Below the pieces are notes generated by a model. That model was given only the letters and a program-made list of their open reading frames with translations, ran no database searches and was not told the DNA's origin. Both the position numbers and the translations under genes were made by a program. Positions 40,930-50,900 of a DNA stretch of 64,000 nucleotides are shown one piece after another. The stretch is from Candidatus Doudnabacteria bacterium (GTDB lineage: Bacteria > Patescibacteriota > Doudnabacteria > UBA920), in contig CAWINB010000001.1 in NCBI GenBank assembly GCA_963837465.1, positions 369,929 to 433,928 on the forward strand, given 5' to 3'. Position 1 is the first letter of the stretch. Every line of letters begins with the position of its first letter.

Positions 40930-43399
40930 ATGGACATTCCTGGAAATAATCGAGGTGAATTAACTACGGAAGGTTTTAGCTCTGCTGAAAATGCCTTGGA
41001 TTTTTTGTCGCGCTCGGATAACTGGAGGGAGGGAACAAAATATAACGGCACTGTGTTTACCCATCGCTTAACAGAAAAGGATGAATGGATTCAGGAAGGA
41101 GACGGGATAGAAACTAACAAGACAGAGGAAAAGAGAGCGGGAGACAGACTTGAGCTGCGGGAGCACTCACAGATTATAAGTGATTTAAGAAATAAAGGTT
41201 ACTCAATAATTAAAAAAGAATGCCTTACAAATTCACTCGGGAAAAGAAGAAGCAAAAGCGGGATACGATCAAAAAACCTACGCAGCTGTTTATGTTCTAA
41301 GGGGTGAGATAATTGAAATACACGATTTTGAGGGAACCGAGGAAGAATTTAATAAACGTTTCGCGAACGAACAATGGCTTCAAGATTTAATGGATGACGA
41401 TGACGAACAGTCGCCTGCTCCCCAAGGGGGGAAGGAAACGGTTTTGGATTTAAATAGTTTTTTTGGTTCTAAAAAGGGTGGGCAAAAGCGGGAAGAAAAA
41501 ATGAGTGTTTGGGATGGAGGGTTTTGGCAACGGTTGTTACAAATCGGGAGCAAGACCGAGGAGCAAGATCTCGACAGGTACGAAGATGGAATTTTTAATA
41601 TATCCCAAAGCGTCAAACCAGAGGCAACAAACGACGACATTGGCAAAACAACTGAAAAAAATATTGATTTTTCTTTTTTGGGTATAGCCCCTTTTGGCAT
41701 CACTGTTGAAAAAGGTATTCCTATTACACCGAGATCTGAGTTAAAACAAAAGTCAAAAGCGAGCGACCCGGCCATCAGATTACTTCCAACTAACCCCGAA
41801 CCGTCTTTAGTCCCCTCTTTGGAGCAAAGCGATATCCAAAGCCGCGGCGCGAAACCGGTTTTGGAAATCGCCGTCATGGAAGCGCGAACAGAGAGTCTAA
41901 CGACCGAAGACGGTAATAATTTTTTGGAGATTATTACAATTAAGCAGCGCTCTGTCAACGAGCAGACTAAACATCCGGCTCCGGCAAAAGAGCGCCTGGC
42001 TGTTCAAAATTCAAGCTCTGGCTACGAAGGACAGCCGGCCAAACACCGGGATCTGATTCAGTCGCAAGATGTTTTAACAGAGCCGGTAATAAACAGAGTC
42101 GTTGGCCCGGCTGAAAATGCTGAACAAAAAACCAACCCCACCTTAAGCTTTAAACATCCGGCTCCGGAAATATTAAATATTGACGCCGAAAAAAATAACG
42201 ACAACCTACCGGGCGTAAACATTCCCAACACAACAGCCAAAAGCGCCGATAAGCCAATTTCCACAAAAATTAAAGCTCAGGTAAAAATTCCCATAAAAAA
42301 CAATGCCCCGGAGTTACAACCGGAACCCGAAATGCCGACTGGCATTAAGCTGGGCGATAACGAACCTTATTTAGAAGAAAAGGCCTTCGAGCAAACCATC
42401 ATTCCAACGGAAATTGTAAAAAGTCGACCGGAGATGATTTTGGACAATGCCAATGGCGTTGCTGATGCGGAGGTTGCCGTAGGTTTATTGGAAAAATTAA
42501 GCCTGCCTGACAATGAAAATGGCGCTAAAGAACCAGTAAAGACCCAAAAATCTATCAAAGAAATTTCCACCAACCCGATGATTATTACGGAGAAGGTTCA
42601 ACAATCATCTAAAGATCCTGCCGAAACCCACGTATTGGAAGTTACCAAACCGGCTGAAATACCCGCAAATGAATTGGCGCGAACCGGGGAGGCCGCCGAC
42701 ACACCCTACAACCTTAGGATGGAACCATTAATCCTGACCACGCGAAGGCAAATCCGGGCCTTAGACAAAATGCTTGTTAAAGTAGCGTTACCGGCCGAAA
42801 TTGAAGAATACAAAGAACTCCCCGATGCGTCAGACGAAACAAAAAATCAAGCCGGAGCAACAGAGGCAACCCTTACCGCGAACCCGGAGAGCCGCCAAGT
42901 CGCGATAAATCCGCGGCATGAACCGCGGACAAAACCGGAAAATAAAAACGCGGGCAGTTTTGCCCAAAAGGCCATGGTTTTAAAACGGGAAACCGCCTTT
43001 AACAGGTCGGCTGATTTTGGCCAAAAATCCCGTGCGCGGGAAGTTTCCGTCTCCTCTATATTAAACACCCTATCCAAACTTCAGGATAGCATCCCCGAAC
43101 CAAAAACCCGAACGGCTTTGGCGTTAAATGAAAAACCGGCAATAGCCAAAAACCGCGAACAACAGATATATCCAGACACTTCCAAAGAGCCGGCCGGCGC
43201 TTTCCAAATGATTAACCATAACAGAGCAATATCCGAGCTAAAAAAACCGGCTAAAATTAAACCACCTAAGACAAAAGCCGCGGCTAAATATTATGAAGCC
43301 GATATGGCGAGACAATCATTGATATCAATAGCTCAACTACAGCAGGATCAAACAGACCTAACCGACACTCAAGCCATCACCCTAAAAATGGCCGCATAG
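40930..43399 (+). CDS. hypothetical protein with a globular N-terminus and a long K/E/P-rich low-complexity region; probable frameshift at the A6 run about 41212..41217
   Basis: The track ORFs 40930..41307 and 41390..43399 are joined by an open reading frame: frame 2 is open from 41210 and encodes ...GKEEAKAGYDQKTYAAVYVLRGEIIEIHDFEGTEEEFNKRF. The 125-aa ORF ends in junk-like KRRSKSGIRSKNLRSCLCSKG. The short motif KHPAP recurs. Confidence 0.45.
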
Positions 43400-43436
43400 C
43401 CCCTGACCCCTATCCGCTAAAACCTAACCCCCACCT

Positions 43437-45104
43437 ATGTCCCCGGATTTTTCTAAAATCGGCTACTACGACTTAAAACTGGAAGCGCGAAACCTGCGCC
43501 TGCCCAAAGTTGTGGGCCTGCAAAAGGAAACCGCCCGCTTAAACCGCATCCTGGCGCGCGACCTCCAGCACAACGCCATAGTTTGCGCTCCGTCCGGCTG
43601 CGGCAAAACCGCGCTTGTTGGCGCTTGGGCATTACAGGCGCTTGAAAACCCCTTGTTTGGGGGTAAAAAAATAGCCATGCTGGATTCCGGAAGCCTGCAA
43701 AAAATCGGCCAACTGCCGCAAAGCTCGCTGGCCGGTTATCAGGAAGCTTTCCTGTCGCTTTCAAACTGCGTGTTGATAATAGACAGCTTCGGGGAAATGA
43801 TTTACCAAAGCCTGGGCTCCTTACAAAACTGGAATACTCTTTTAAAGCCGTTATTTTTTAAGCCCGATGTTAATATCATCCTGAATACGCAGCCGGAAGA
43901 ACTGAAATGGCTGCGGGACAACAAGAGCCATTTCTTAAGCCACTTTGAAGTCTTGAAACTGGAAACGCAAAAGACAGAAGAGCTGAGAGAAATTTTAAAC
44001 CAAGCCGCCAAAAAAACCGGCGGGAGGGTTGGCATTGATGCCGATGCCCTGGATTTGATGCTGCGGCTTTGCGAACGTTTCCCAAGCCTGGGACAACTGC
44101 CTAAAAGCGCGCTGCAGTTACTGGATGAATCTTTGGCGGAAATTAAATCCCTCCCGGGCGCGTTATCGCACCGGCTTACGCGAGCGGTTGTGGAAAAAAT
44201 CGCCTCGGAAAAAACCGGCGTTCCCACCGGCCGCCTGGCCGAGGACGATAAAACCATGCTTAAAAATTTACCGGATATTTTGCAAAGCAAAATTATCGGC
44301 CAAAAATCCGCGCTTTTAAAAATGGCTTCGGTTATCCAGCGGGCCCGCCTGGGCCTGCGGGGCCAAACCAGGCCGCTGGGTTCCTTTTTGCTGCTGGGAC
44401 CCTCGGGCGTGGGCAAAACCGAAACCGCCAAAATTTTGGCGGAAACTCTTTACGGTTCCGCTTCCAGCTTTTTAAGAATTGATATGTCGGAGTTCGGCGA
44501 AAGCCACTCCGCGGCGCGCCTGCTGGGCAGCCCGGCCGGTTACGTGGGTTTTGAAGCCGGCGGCCAGCTGACCAATCATTTTAAAAACCATCCTTACAGC
44601 CTGCTGCTTTTGGACGAAATTGAGAAAGCTCATCCGAAAATTTTTGATATTTTTCTGCAAATCCTGGATGACGGCCGGGTAACATCGGGGGGCGGCGAAA
44701 CCGCGGACTTAACGCAGAGCATTATTATGGCCACGTCCAACCTGGCTGTGCAAAAAATTCTGGATGCCTTTGCCGAAAACCCCGAAGCCGGTGATGAAGA
44801 TTTCCTGAAAAATTCCGTCATGCCCGAACTGCTGAAACATTTCCGCCCGGAATTTTTAAACCGCTTTGACAGCATTTTAATTTATAAACCTCTGTCCCTG
44901 GAAGACTTAACCGACATTGCCCTGCTGGAAGTTGGCAAGATAGAAGCCAGGACAAAAGCCCACAATATTAAATTTGCCGTAACCAGGGAAGCGCTGCGGG
45001 ACAAAATCATAGCTCTGGCCGATCCCCGTTTTGGCGCCCGTCCGGTTAAACGCTTTGTGGAAGAAGCCTGTGAAAATCTGATAACGCGGGCGCTGCTTAA
45101 ATAG
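43437..45104 (+). CDS. truncated Clp/Hsp100-family double-AAA+ ATPase (ClpB/ClpC-like, no N-domain or middle domain)
   Basis: The D1 region matches ClpB (RLNRILARDLQHNAIVCAPSGCGKTALV; KIAMLDSGSL; LLKPLF...DVNIILNTQPEE; the sensor region RLCERFPSLGQLPKSALQLLDE) but its Walker B is IIDS, not DE. D2 is canonical: LLLGPSGVGKTETAKILA, LLLDEIEKAHPKIFDIFLQILDDGRVT, SNLA. Confidence 0.8.
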   Translation: MSPDFSKIGYYDLKLEARNLRLPKVVGLQKETARLNRILARDLQHNAIVCAPSGCGKTALVGAWALQALENPLFGGKKIAMLDSGSLQKIGQLPQSSLAGYQEAFLSLSNCVLIIDSFGEMIYQSLGSLQNWNTLLKPLFFKPDVNIILNTQPEELKWLRDNKSHFLSHFEVLKLETQKTEELREILNQAAKKTGGRVGIDADALDLMLRLCERFPSLGQLPKSALQLLDESLAEIKSLPGALSHRLTRAVVEKIASEKTGVPTGRLAEDDKTMLKNLPDILQSKIIGQKSALLKMASVIQRARLGLRGQTRPLGSFLLLGPSGVGKTETAKILAETLYGSASSFLRIDMSEFGESHSAARLLGSPAGYVGFEAGGQLTNHFKNHPYSLLLLDEIEKAHPKIFDIFLQILDDGRVTSGGGETADLTQSIIMATSNLAVQKILDAFAENPEAGDEDFLKNSVMPELLKHFRPEFLNRFDSILIYKPLSLEDLTDIALLEVGKIEARTKAHNIKFAVTREALRDKIIALADPRFGARPVKRFVEEACENLITRALLK

Positions 45105-45109
45105 ACACT

Positions 45110-45228
45110 TAACACGGATATACCGACGCGACGCGGATCTACGGACATCTACTGATTCTAAGAGCCTGGCGACATCCGTAGGCATCGGTAAATCCGTTTC
45201 TAATCCGTATATCCGCGTATATATATTT
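45110..45228. repeat. duplicated intergenic spacer, copy 1 (about 119 bp, runs from stop codon to start codon)
   Basis: The repeat reads taacacggatataccgacgcgacgcggatctacggacatctactgattctaagagcctggcgacatccgtaggcatcggtaaatccgtttctaatccgtatatccgcgtatatatattt and is followed directly by an ATG. Its ends are inverted repeats (cggatatacg / cgtatatccg). TATATAT sits 3 to 4 nt before the ATG. Confidence 0.8.
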
Positions 45229-45531
45229 ATGAGCAACGAAACACTCCATCCCAAAGAATTTCCGCCAATAACTCCGCCGCGAAACGGCGGCGGTACGGAT
45301 AATTTAAGCAAACAGCGGATTCAAAGCCTGGCGGTCCAAAGGAAGCAATGTTTGGAAGGAATCAAACCGGATATTTCCCGCAAGCTTTATTTTATGCTGG
45401 AAGAAAAGCTGGAAAAAGAACAAAAAAACCTGGAAGAAATTCTGGACTGGCAACAGGGAAAATTAAGCCGTCTGTCCAGGTACTCGCTGATTCTGGATTC
45501 GCATTATTTTGAACAGGAATTTTTAAGCTAA
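45229..45531 (+). CDS. hypothetical protein (100 aa)
   Basis: The ORF is bracketed exactly by the two copies of the duplicated spacer. It has a coiled-coil-like C-terminal half and no recognised family. Confidence 0.45.
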   Translation: MSNETLHPKEFPPITPPRNGGGTDNLSKQRIQSLAVQRKQCLEGIKPDISRKLYFMLEEKLEKEQKNLEEILDWQQGKLSRLSRYSLILDSHYFEQEFLS

Positions 45532-45653
45532 CACGGATATACCGACGCGACGCGACGCGGATCTACGGACATCTACTGATTCTAAGAGCCTGGCGACATC
45601 CGTAGGCATCGGTAAATCCGTTTCTAATCCGTATATCCGCGTAATATATATTT
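45529..45653. repeat. duplicated intergenic spacer, copy 2 (about 125 bp)
   Basis: It is near-identical to 45110..45228. It carries one extra gacgcg hexamer and one extra A. It again spans stop codon to start codon. Confidence 0.8.
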
Positions 45654-46943
45654 ATGAACTACGTTACCCTGGGCCACAATGTTTTCCGCGGCAAGTCCAC
45701 ACCCATACAGTTTTTGGATAATGACCGGCTGCGGCATATGTATATGATAGGCAAAACCGGCGTGGGCAAATCCACCCTGTTTGCCAATATGATGCTGCAG
45801 GACATTATTAACCTGCGCGGCGCCTGCTTTATAGACCCTCACGGCGAGGCAATATCGTGGCTGCTGCAAAACATCCCCAAAGGCCGGCTGGAAGATGTGA
45901 TATTGTTTGACCCATCCAATACGGAAAATCCCGTAGGCTTAAATCTCCTGGAAGCTAGCACGGAAAGCGAGCGGGATTTTTTGGTTGGCGAACTTATTGA
46001 AATTTTTTACAAGCTGTTTGATCCGCAAAAAACCGGCATCATCGGCCCGCAATTTGAACATTGGCTGAGAAACGCGGCGCTGACTATTATGGCCGACCCG
46101 GCCGGTGGCAGTCTTTTGGAAATTCCGCGGCTGTTTACCGATAAAAGCTTTGAGCGCCACAAACGCGAATTTGTTAAAGACCCCCAGGTAATGGAATTCT
46201 GGACCGGACAGATGGCTAAAACGAGTGATTTCCACAAAAGCGAAATGCTGAATTATTTTACTTCCAAATTCGGCCACTTTTTAAACAATTCGCTCTGCCG
46301 CAATATCATCGGCCAAAACCACAGCGGCTTTAATTTTGGGGACATTTTAAAAAAAGAAAAAATCCTGCTGGTGGATTTATCCAAGGGAAAAATCGGCGAA
46401 CTTAATTCCAGATTTTTGGGTTTGATTTTAATTTCCAAGCTGCAGGCGGCGGTGCTGAAACGGGCGCGCCTTAAACCCGGCGAGTATCCGCCGTTTTACC
46501 TTTACGTGGACGAGTTCCAGAACATGACCACGGATACTTTTGCCAGCATGCTTTCGGAGTCGCGCAAATACGGGCTTGGCGTGCACCTGACCAACCAGTA
46601 CTTCCAGCAGCTGCCGCAAAATATCCAGGACGCGGTCCTGGGGAACGCGGGCACGCTGCTGAGTTTTGCCCTGGGCGTGGAAGATGCCGAACTGTTGGAA
46701 AAGCAGCTATATCCTTTTACCAAAGAAGACCTGTCCAATTTGGGAAAATTTAATTTTTACATTAAGCTGATGTCCAACGGCCAGGCCACGCAGGCTTTTT
46801 CCGGCATCAGTCAACAGCCCTTAAAGCGGGCCGAAACCGACCACGGCGAAACCATAAAAACCCTGAGCCAGCTGGCCTACGGCAGTCCCCGCCTGCTGGT
46901 GGAACAGGAACTCCAGCGCAGAATAAGAACGAACGGCATTTAG
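45654..46943 (+). CDS. soluble VirD4/TraG/TraD-like (type IV coupling protein family) P-loop ATPase
   Basis: Walker A is YMIGKTGVGKSTL. Walker B plus the downstream motif FYLYVDEFQNMTTDTFASMLSESRKYGLGVHLTNQYFQQL...LGNAGTLLSF matches the TrwB/VirD4 pattern hhhDE...(R/K)K.G....Q...QL. There is no N-terminal TM segment and the protein is only 429 aa. Confidence 0.65.
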   Translation: MNYVTLGHNVFRGKSTPIQFLDNDRLRHMYMIGKTGVGKSTLFANMMLQDIINLRGACFIDPHGEAISWLLQNIPKGRLEDVILFDPSNTENPVGLNLLEASTESERDFLVGELIEIFYKLFDPQKTGIIGPQFEHWLRNAALTIMADPAGGSLLEIPRLFTDKSFERHKREFVKDPQVMEFWTGQMAKTSDFHKSEMLNYFTSKFGHFLNNSLCRNIIGQNHSGFNFGDILKKEKILLVDLSKGKIGELNSRFLGLILISKLQAAVLKRARLKPGEYPPFYLYVDEFQNMTTDTFASMLSESRKYGLGVHLTNQYFQQLPQNIQDAVLGNAGTLLSFALGVEDAELLEKQLYPFTKEDLSNLGKFNFYIKLMSNGQATQAFSGISQQPLKRAETDHGETIKTLSQLAYGSPRLLVEQELQRRIRTNGI

Positions 46944-46965
46944 TGTCAAGGGTGACCCTTGACAC
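46943..46965. repeat. 23-bp perfect palindrome GTGTCAAGGGTGACCCTTGACAC (copy 2)
   Basis: It overlaps the stop codon of the T4CP-like gene. The same element is at 21048..21070. Confidence 0.7.
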
Positions 46966-46978
46966 TAAATGTAAATTT

Positions 46979-47011
46979 AAACCTCCTTGAGGGTAGACCT
47001 CAAGGAGGTTT
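46979..47011. terminator. terminator hairpin between convergent genes
   Basis: aaacctccttgagg-gtaga-cctcaaggaggttt is a perfect 14-bp stem. A T-rich run follows on the plus side. Confidence 0.55.
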
Positions 47012-47053
47012 AGTTTAAATTCTAATTCTTATAAATCAGATAGCTGTCGGATA

Positions 47054-47866
47054 TTACTTCAGGGCCGCGTCAATTGCCTGTTCAAAAGTGGTCACGGGTT
47101 CGGCTCCAACTATAATTTGCCCGTTAACAAAGACGCTGGGGGTACCCGACACGCCGTAAGATTTACCGGCCGCGGTTTCCTTTGCGACCTCGGCCGCGTA
47201 TTTGCCGCTGTCCAAACATTGGTCAAACTGGGTGGTATTTAAGCCAAGGGTGGCCGCAAATTGTTTTTGGTGCACAGCCGTGGCCCAGCCAGTGTTTTCT
47301 TCCTGCTGGTTGTTGAACAAATAATCGTGATATTGCCAAAACTTGCCCTGGTCTTCGGCGCAATGAGCGGCCTCCGCGGCAGTGGTGGAATCGGCGCCCA
47401 AAAAAGCAAAATCCTGATAAACAAATTTAATTTTGCCGGTATCAACATATTTGGCTTTCAGTTCCGGCCAGACGGTTTTGTAAAACTCCTCGCAGAATGG
47501 GCACTGATAATCGGCAAATTCCACAACCGTCACTTTGGCTTTGTCATTGCCCAAATAGGGAGTATTGGGGGCTAAAGTAATGTTAACCGGACCAGCAGCC
47601 GCGGCCTGGGGAGCCGAAGGAGGGGTAACGGCCGAAGGAACGGCGGCGCTTTGAGCCTGCTGGCTTGACGCGAGCTGAGCAAAGCCTAAATTAAGATGCT
47701 TAAACAGCAAATTAAAATTATAAAATAAGCTGGCGGAAATTAAAACCGCGCCAAGCAGAAAACTGCCTGCTAAAATCCAGGTTTTCAAACCGACATTTTT
47801 ATTTTTTGCTTCCAAATTTAAATCCGCGCTGATATTTTGGTTTTTTTGATCCGGAGGATTATCCAT
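47054..47866 (-). CDS. membrane-anchored DsbA-like thiol:disulfide oxidoreductase
   Basis: It has a thioredoxin fold with CPFC (YQCPFCEEFYKTVWPEL) and an N-terminal TM anchor, following the DsbA/BdbD pattern. Confidence 0.75.
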   Translation of the reverse strand: MDNPPDQKNQNISADLNLEAKNKNVGLKTWILAGSFLLGAVLISASLFYNFNLLFKHLNLGFAQLASSQQAQSAAVPSAVTPPSAPQAAAAGPVNITLAPNTPYLGNDKAKVTVVEFADYQCPFCEEFYKTVWPELKAKYVDTGKIKFVYQDFAFLGADSTTAAEAAHCAEDQGKFWQYHDYLFNNQQEENTGWATAVHQKQFAATLGLNTTQFDQCLDSGKYAAEVAKETAAGKSYGVSGTPSVFVNGQIIVGAEPVTTFEQAIDAALK

Positions 47867-47946
47867 AAAGCTTAAACTTTTAATTAATTAAACGATGAAA
47901 TAGGTCAATTCTGTCCTGACTCTGTCCAAAAAATCTTTTGATTTTT

Positions 47947-50900
47947 TTAAGACAAATTCTGCGGTATCACCAACTCATACCCTACCTTAAGCGTCTTGGT
48001 ATTGCCGGGGATGCTTAAACAACGGGGGTTGGCGGCCAGGATGGCTCTCCAGTTGGAGACGCTGCCCGTCAGCTTTTTGGCAATTCCCGACAGGGTGTCT
48101 CCTTTCTTAACCGTGTAAGTAGTGGAAGCCGACGAGGTAATAGAAGCTCCCTGGACCTGCGGCGATGGTTGCTGCGGATATTCCATCTGCAGTCCCTGGA
48201 AATTGGCCGGCATCTGCAAGCCCGTAAAGGGTTGGGTTACGGCCGCGCCAAGCACGGAAACACCGCCCGTTGCGTTGACTTGAATGCTAAACTGGCAACT
48301 ACTGCTTATGTTCAGCTGGTTGGTAACCTGGACAATAAAATTGTAGGTACCCGCTGTCGTAGGCGTGCCGGAAATTTGGCCGGTGGAAGTGTTAAAGTAA
48401 AGTCCCGGCGGCAAGGAACCGCTGATAAGGCTAAAGCTGGTGGAAGAAGCCCCTCCGACCAAAATATTGCTGTTGTAACCCTGGCCTAAATTAGCCTGGG
48501 GCAAAGAAGTGGTAAGGAAATAAGGATAGTAGGAAGTGCCGTAGCTATAACCATAACTGGTACCCGTCCCGCTGCCGGTTGATGTGCTGCCGGTTGAGCC
48601 GGTATTGCTTGTGCCGGAGTTACCGGAACTTGCGGCCGCGTTAATGGTAATCGTCAAGGGCACGGAACTGCTGACCAGGCCATTGCCATCGGTAACCCCC
48701 GCGTAAAAAGTATAACTGCCGGCTGTGGTTGGGGTGCCGCTTAAGCTGCCATTCTGGCTTAAAGTTAATCCCGGGGGCAAATTTCCGGTATAAGAGAATG
48801 TCAGGGCAGTGTTGCTGGAAGACGAAGCCTGCAAATTAGTGGTCGGGTAAGCCTGTCCAGCCGTGCCATTGGGTAATGATGTTGTGGTTAATACAGGCGG
48901 GGCAACAGCAGAAGCCCCTCCCGAGGCGGCAGCAGGATTAACAGTCAGGCTAAACTGGACTGAAGTAAAATTACCCAGGGAGTCCGTGGCCACAACCGAG
49001 AAACTACTGCTACCGGCCGTGGTTGGAGTGCCGCTGATAAGTCCGGAAGGGCTTAAAGTCAACCCGACCGGCAAGGTACTGCCGGTGGCCAGGGCGAATG
49101 TTATGGCTCCCGTGCCCGTGCCGGACAGGATATTTAACTGCTGGCTATAAGCAGTCCCCACAGTGGCGGCGGGAATGGAAGTCGTGGTGATAACCGGAGA
49201 GGCGGCAGTTCCGGTGGTTCCGGATGTCTGAGCAGCGGAAGACGCGGCGGGCACGGTTACGGAAAGAGCGTTGGAAAACAAAGTGGGATTAGCGCCATTG
49301 GCCACCTGTATTGTATATTGTCCGGCAGACAGGGCGCCATACAGTACCGTAATTTGGCTGTTATTGGCGGAAAGAATGCTTACCCCCATTACCTGGCCGG
49401 CGCTGTTGGTCATATGGACAATATCCGAGGTAGCGTTGGCGGCAAAGCCGCTGCCGGTAATTACTATCGTACCAGCCTGCTGGTTAATCGTGGCAAGGCT
49501 GATGGTGGGGGCAGCAGTGGAGCCGACAACCGCGGAACCTCCTGTTGAGCCTCCGGACGAGCCTGCAACGGTTGAAGCTACCAGCATACTCCATGGCAAA
49601 CTTACAGTATTACCGGCGCTGTCTGTAACAACCACCGTAAAACTGTAAGTGCCGGCTGTGACTGGAGTCCCGGTAATTGTTCCGTTGGCATTTATTGTAA
49701 GTCCAGGCGGAAAATTTCCGCTGCCGGAAAACTTATAGCCTGTACCGCTGCCGCCGACAGCGGAAAACTGCCCAACGTAGGCTACCCCAACCGTAGCCGT
49801 GGGAGTGGCCTGGCCGGTTATGAAAGAGAGGGTCGAAGATGTTGCGGCCGCTCTGCTGGCCTGTACGGTAAAATTTAAATTACCTATTGCCGTGGCCGAT
49901 GATTGAGAAGCACCCACGGACCAGGTTTCCGCCCATGCGCCAATATCAGCGGTTACCATCTGGCCGGATATAACCAAACTGCCCGACGCGGGTATGGTTC
50001 CATAATTGGTTGTCGATAACGCGCCCGCGTTTTGAGAGGCGCTGCCATAAACATTCAAACCAGCGGCACCGGTAATGGTAAGCTGCCAATTATCCCCTAC
50101 GGCCAAAGTGGCGGCATTGGCAGGCGATGTAAGATTGGCAAAAGTCAGGCTGGTGGCCGCGCTGCCCACTGTGGGTCCGTTCACAACAGTCGCTCCTGTA
50201 GTACCGCCGGTTCCGGATCCCGTGGTTGCTGCTGTGGATCCGTTAAGGGCGACCGGATTTGTGGTCGCGGTAGAAGATGGTTTGCCTATGTAATTGGTGG
50301 TGGAAACAAACGAGCCCGGTTGAGCATTAGGGTTGTCGTGATAATATTGAGCCGCGGCTATCTCGCTCTGTACAAATCCTGTAGCCACATTTGCCGGCGA
50401 GGTTACAAACCATTGGGCCAGGTTGCCGGCATTCATTTGGGTACCGTCGGGAAACTGGATCATCCACTGGCTGGCGCCGGCGGCATTGGCTTGGAACGGG
50501 CTGGCCGCAGTATAAGTGGTAATAGGGACCAGTACAGCCGTGCCGCCAAACTGCTGAGCCAGCCACTCGGCAGTTGCCTGGGTGGCATAGTTGGCAGGGT
50601 TAAGCGCCTGACTCTGTCCGGTTGGTAAATAAACTACGGCAGCATTGGTAATAAATGTCGGGGTAAAAGGAACGGTTGCGGGGCTGACTGTAAAATTAAG
50701 GGTATTGCCGACCTGCTTAAGGCTACTGATGCTTGGGTTACTGGGCGGTGTTGCGTTTGCGGCAAGAGAACTTCCAACCATAATGCTGACGCTCCAAGTG
50801 CCGACATCGTTATTTGTTAAAATCGGGCCCATGGTCTGCAAATTACCGTTGGCATCTGTTATTCCAAGGTAAATGGTTCCGTTTTGGTTGATACCATAAA

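Noticed and set aside
43802-44431. 209-aa and other minus-strand ORFs overlapping the Clp-like ATPase gene
   Set aside because: The plus-strand frame carries unambiguous Walker A/B and sensor motifs. The antisense ORFs are Arg/Ser/Ala-rich artefacts.
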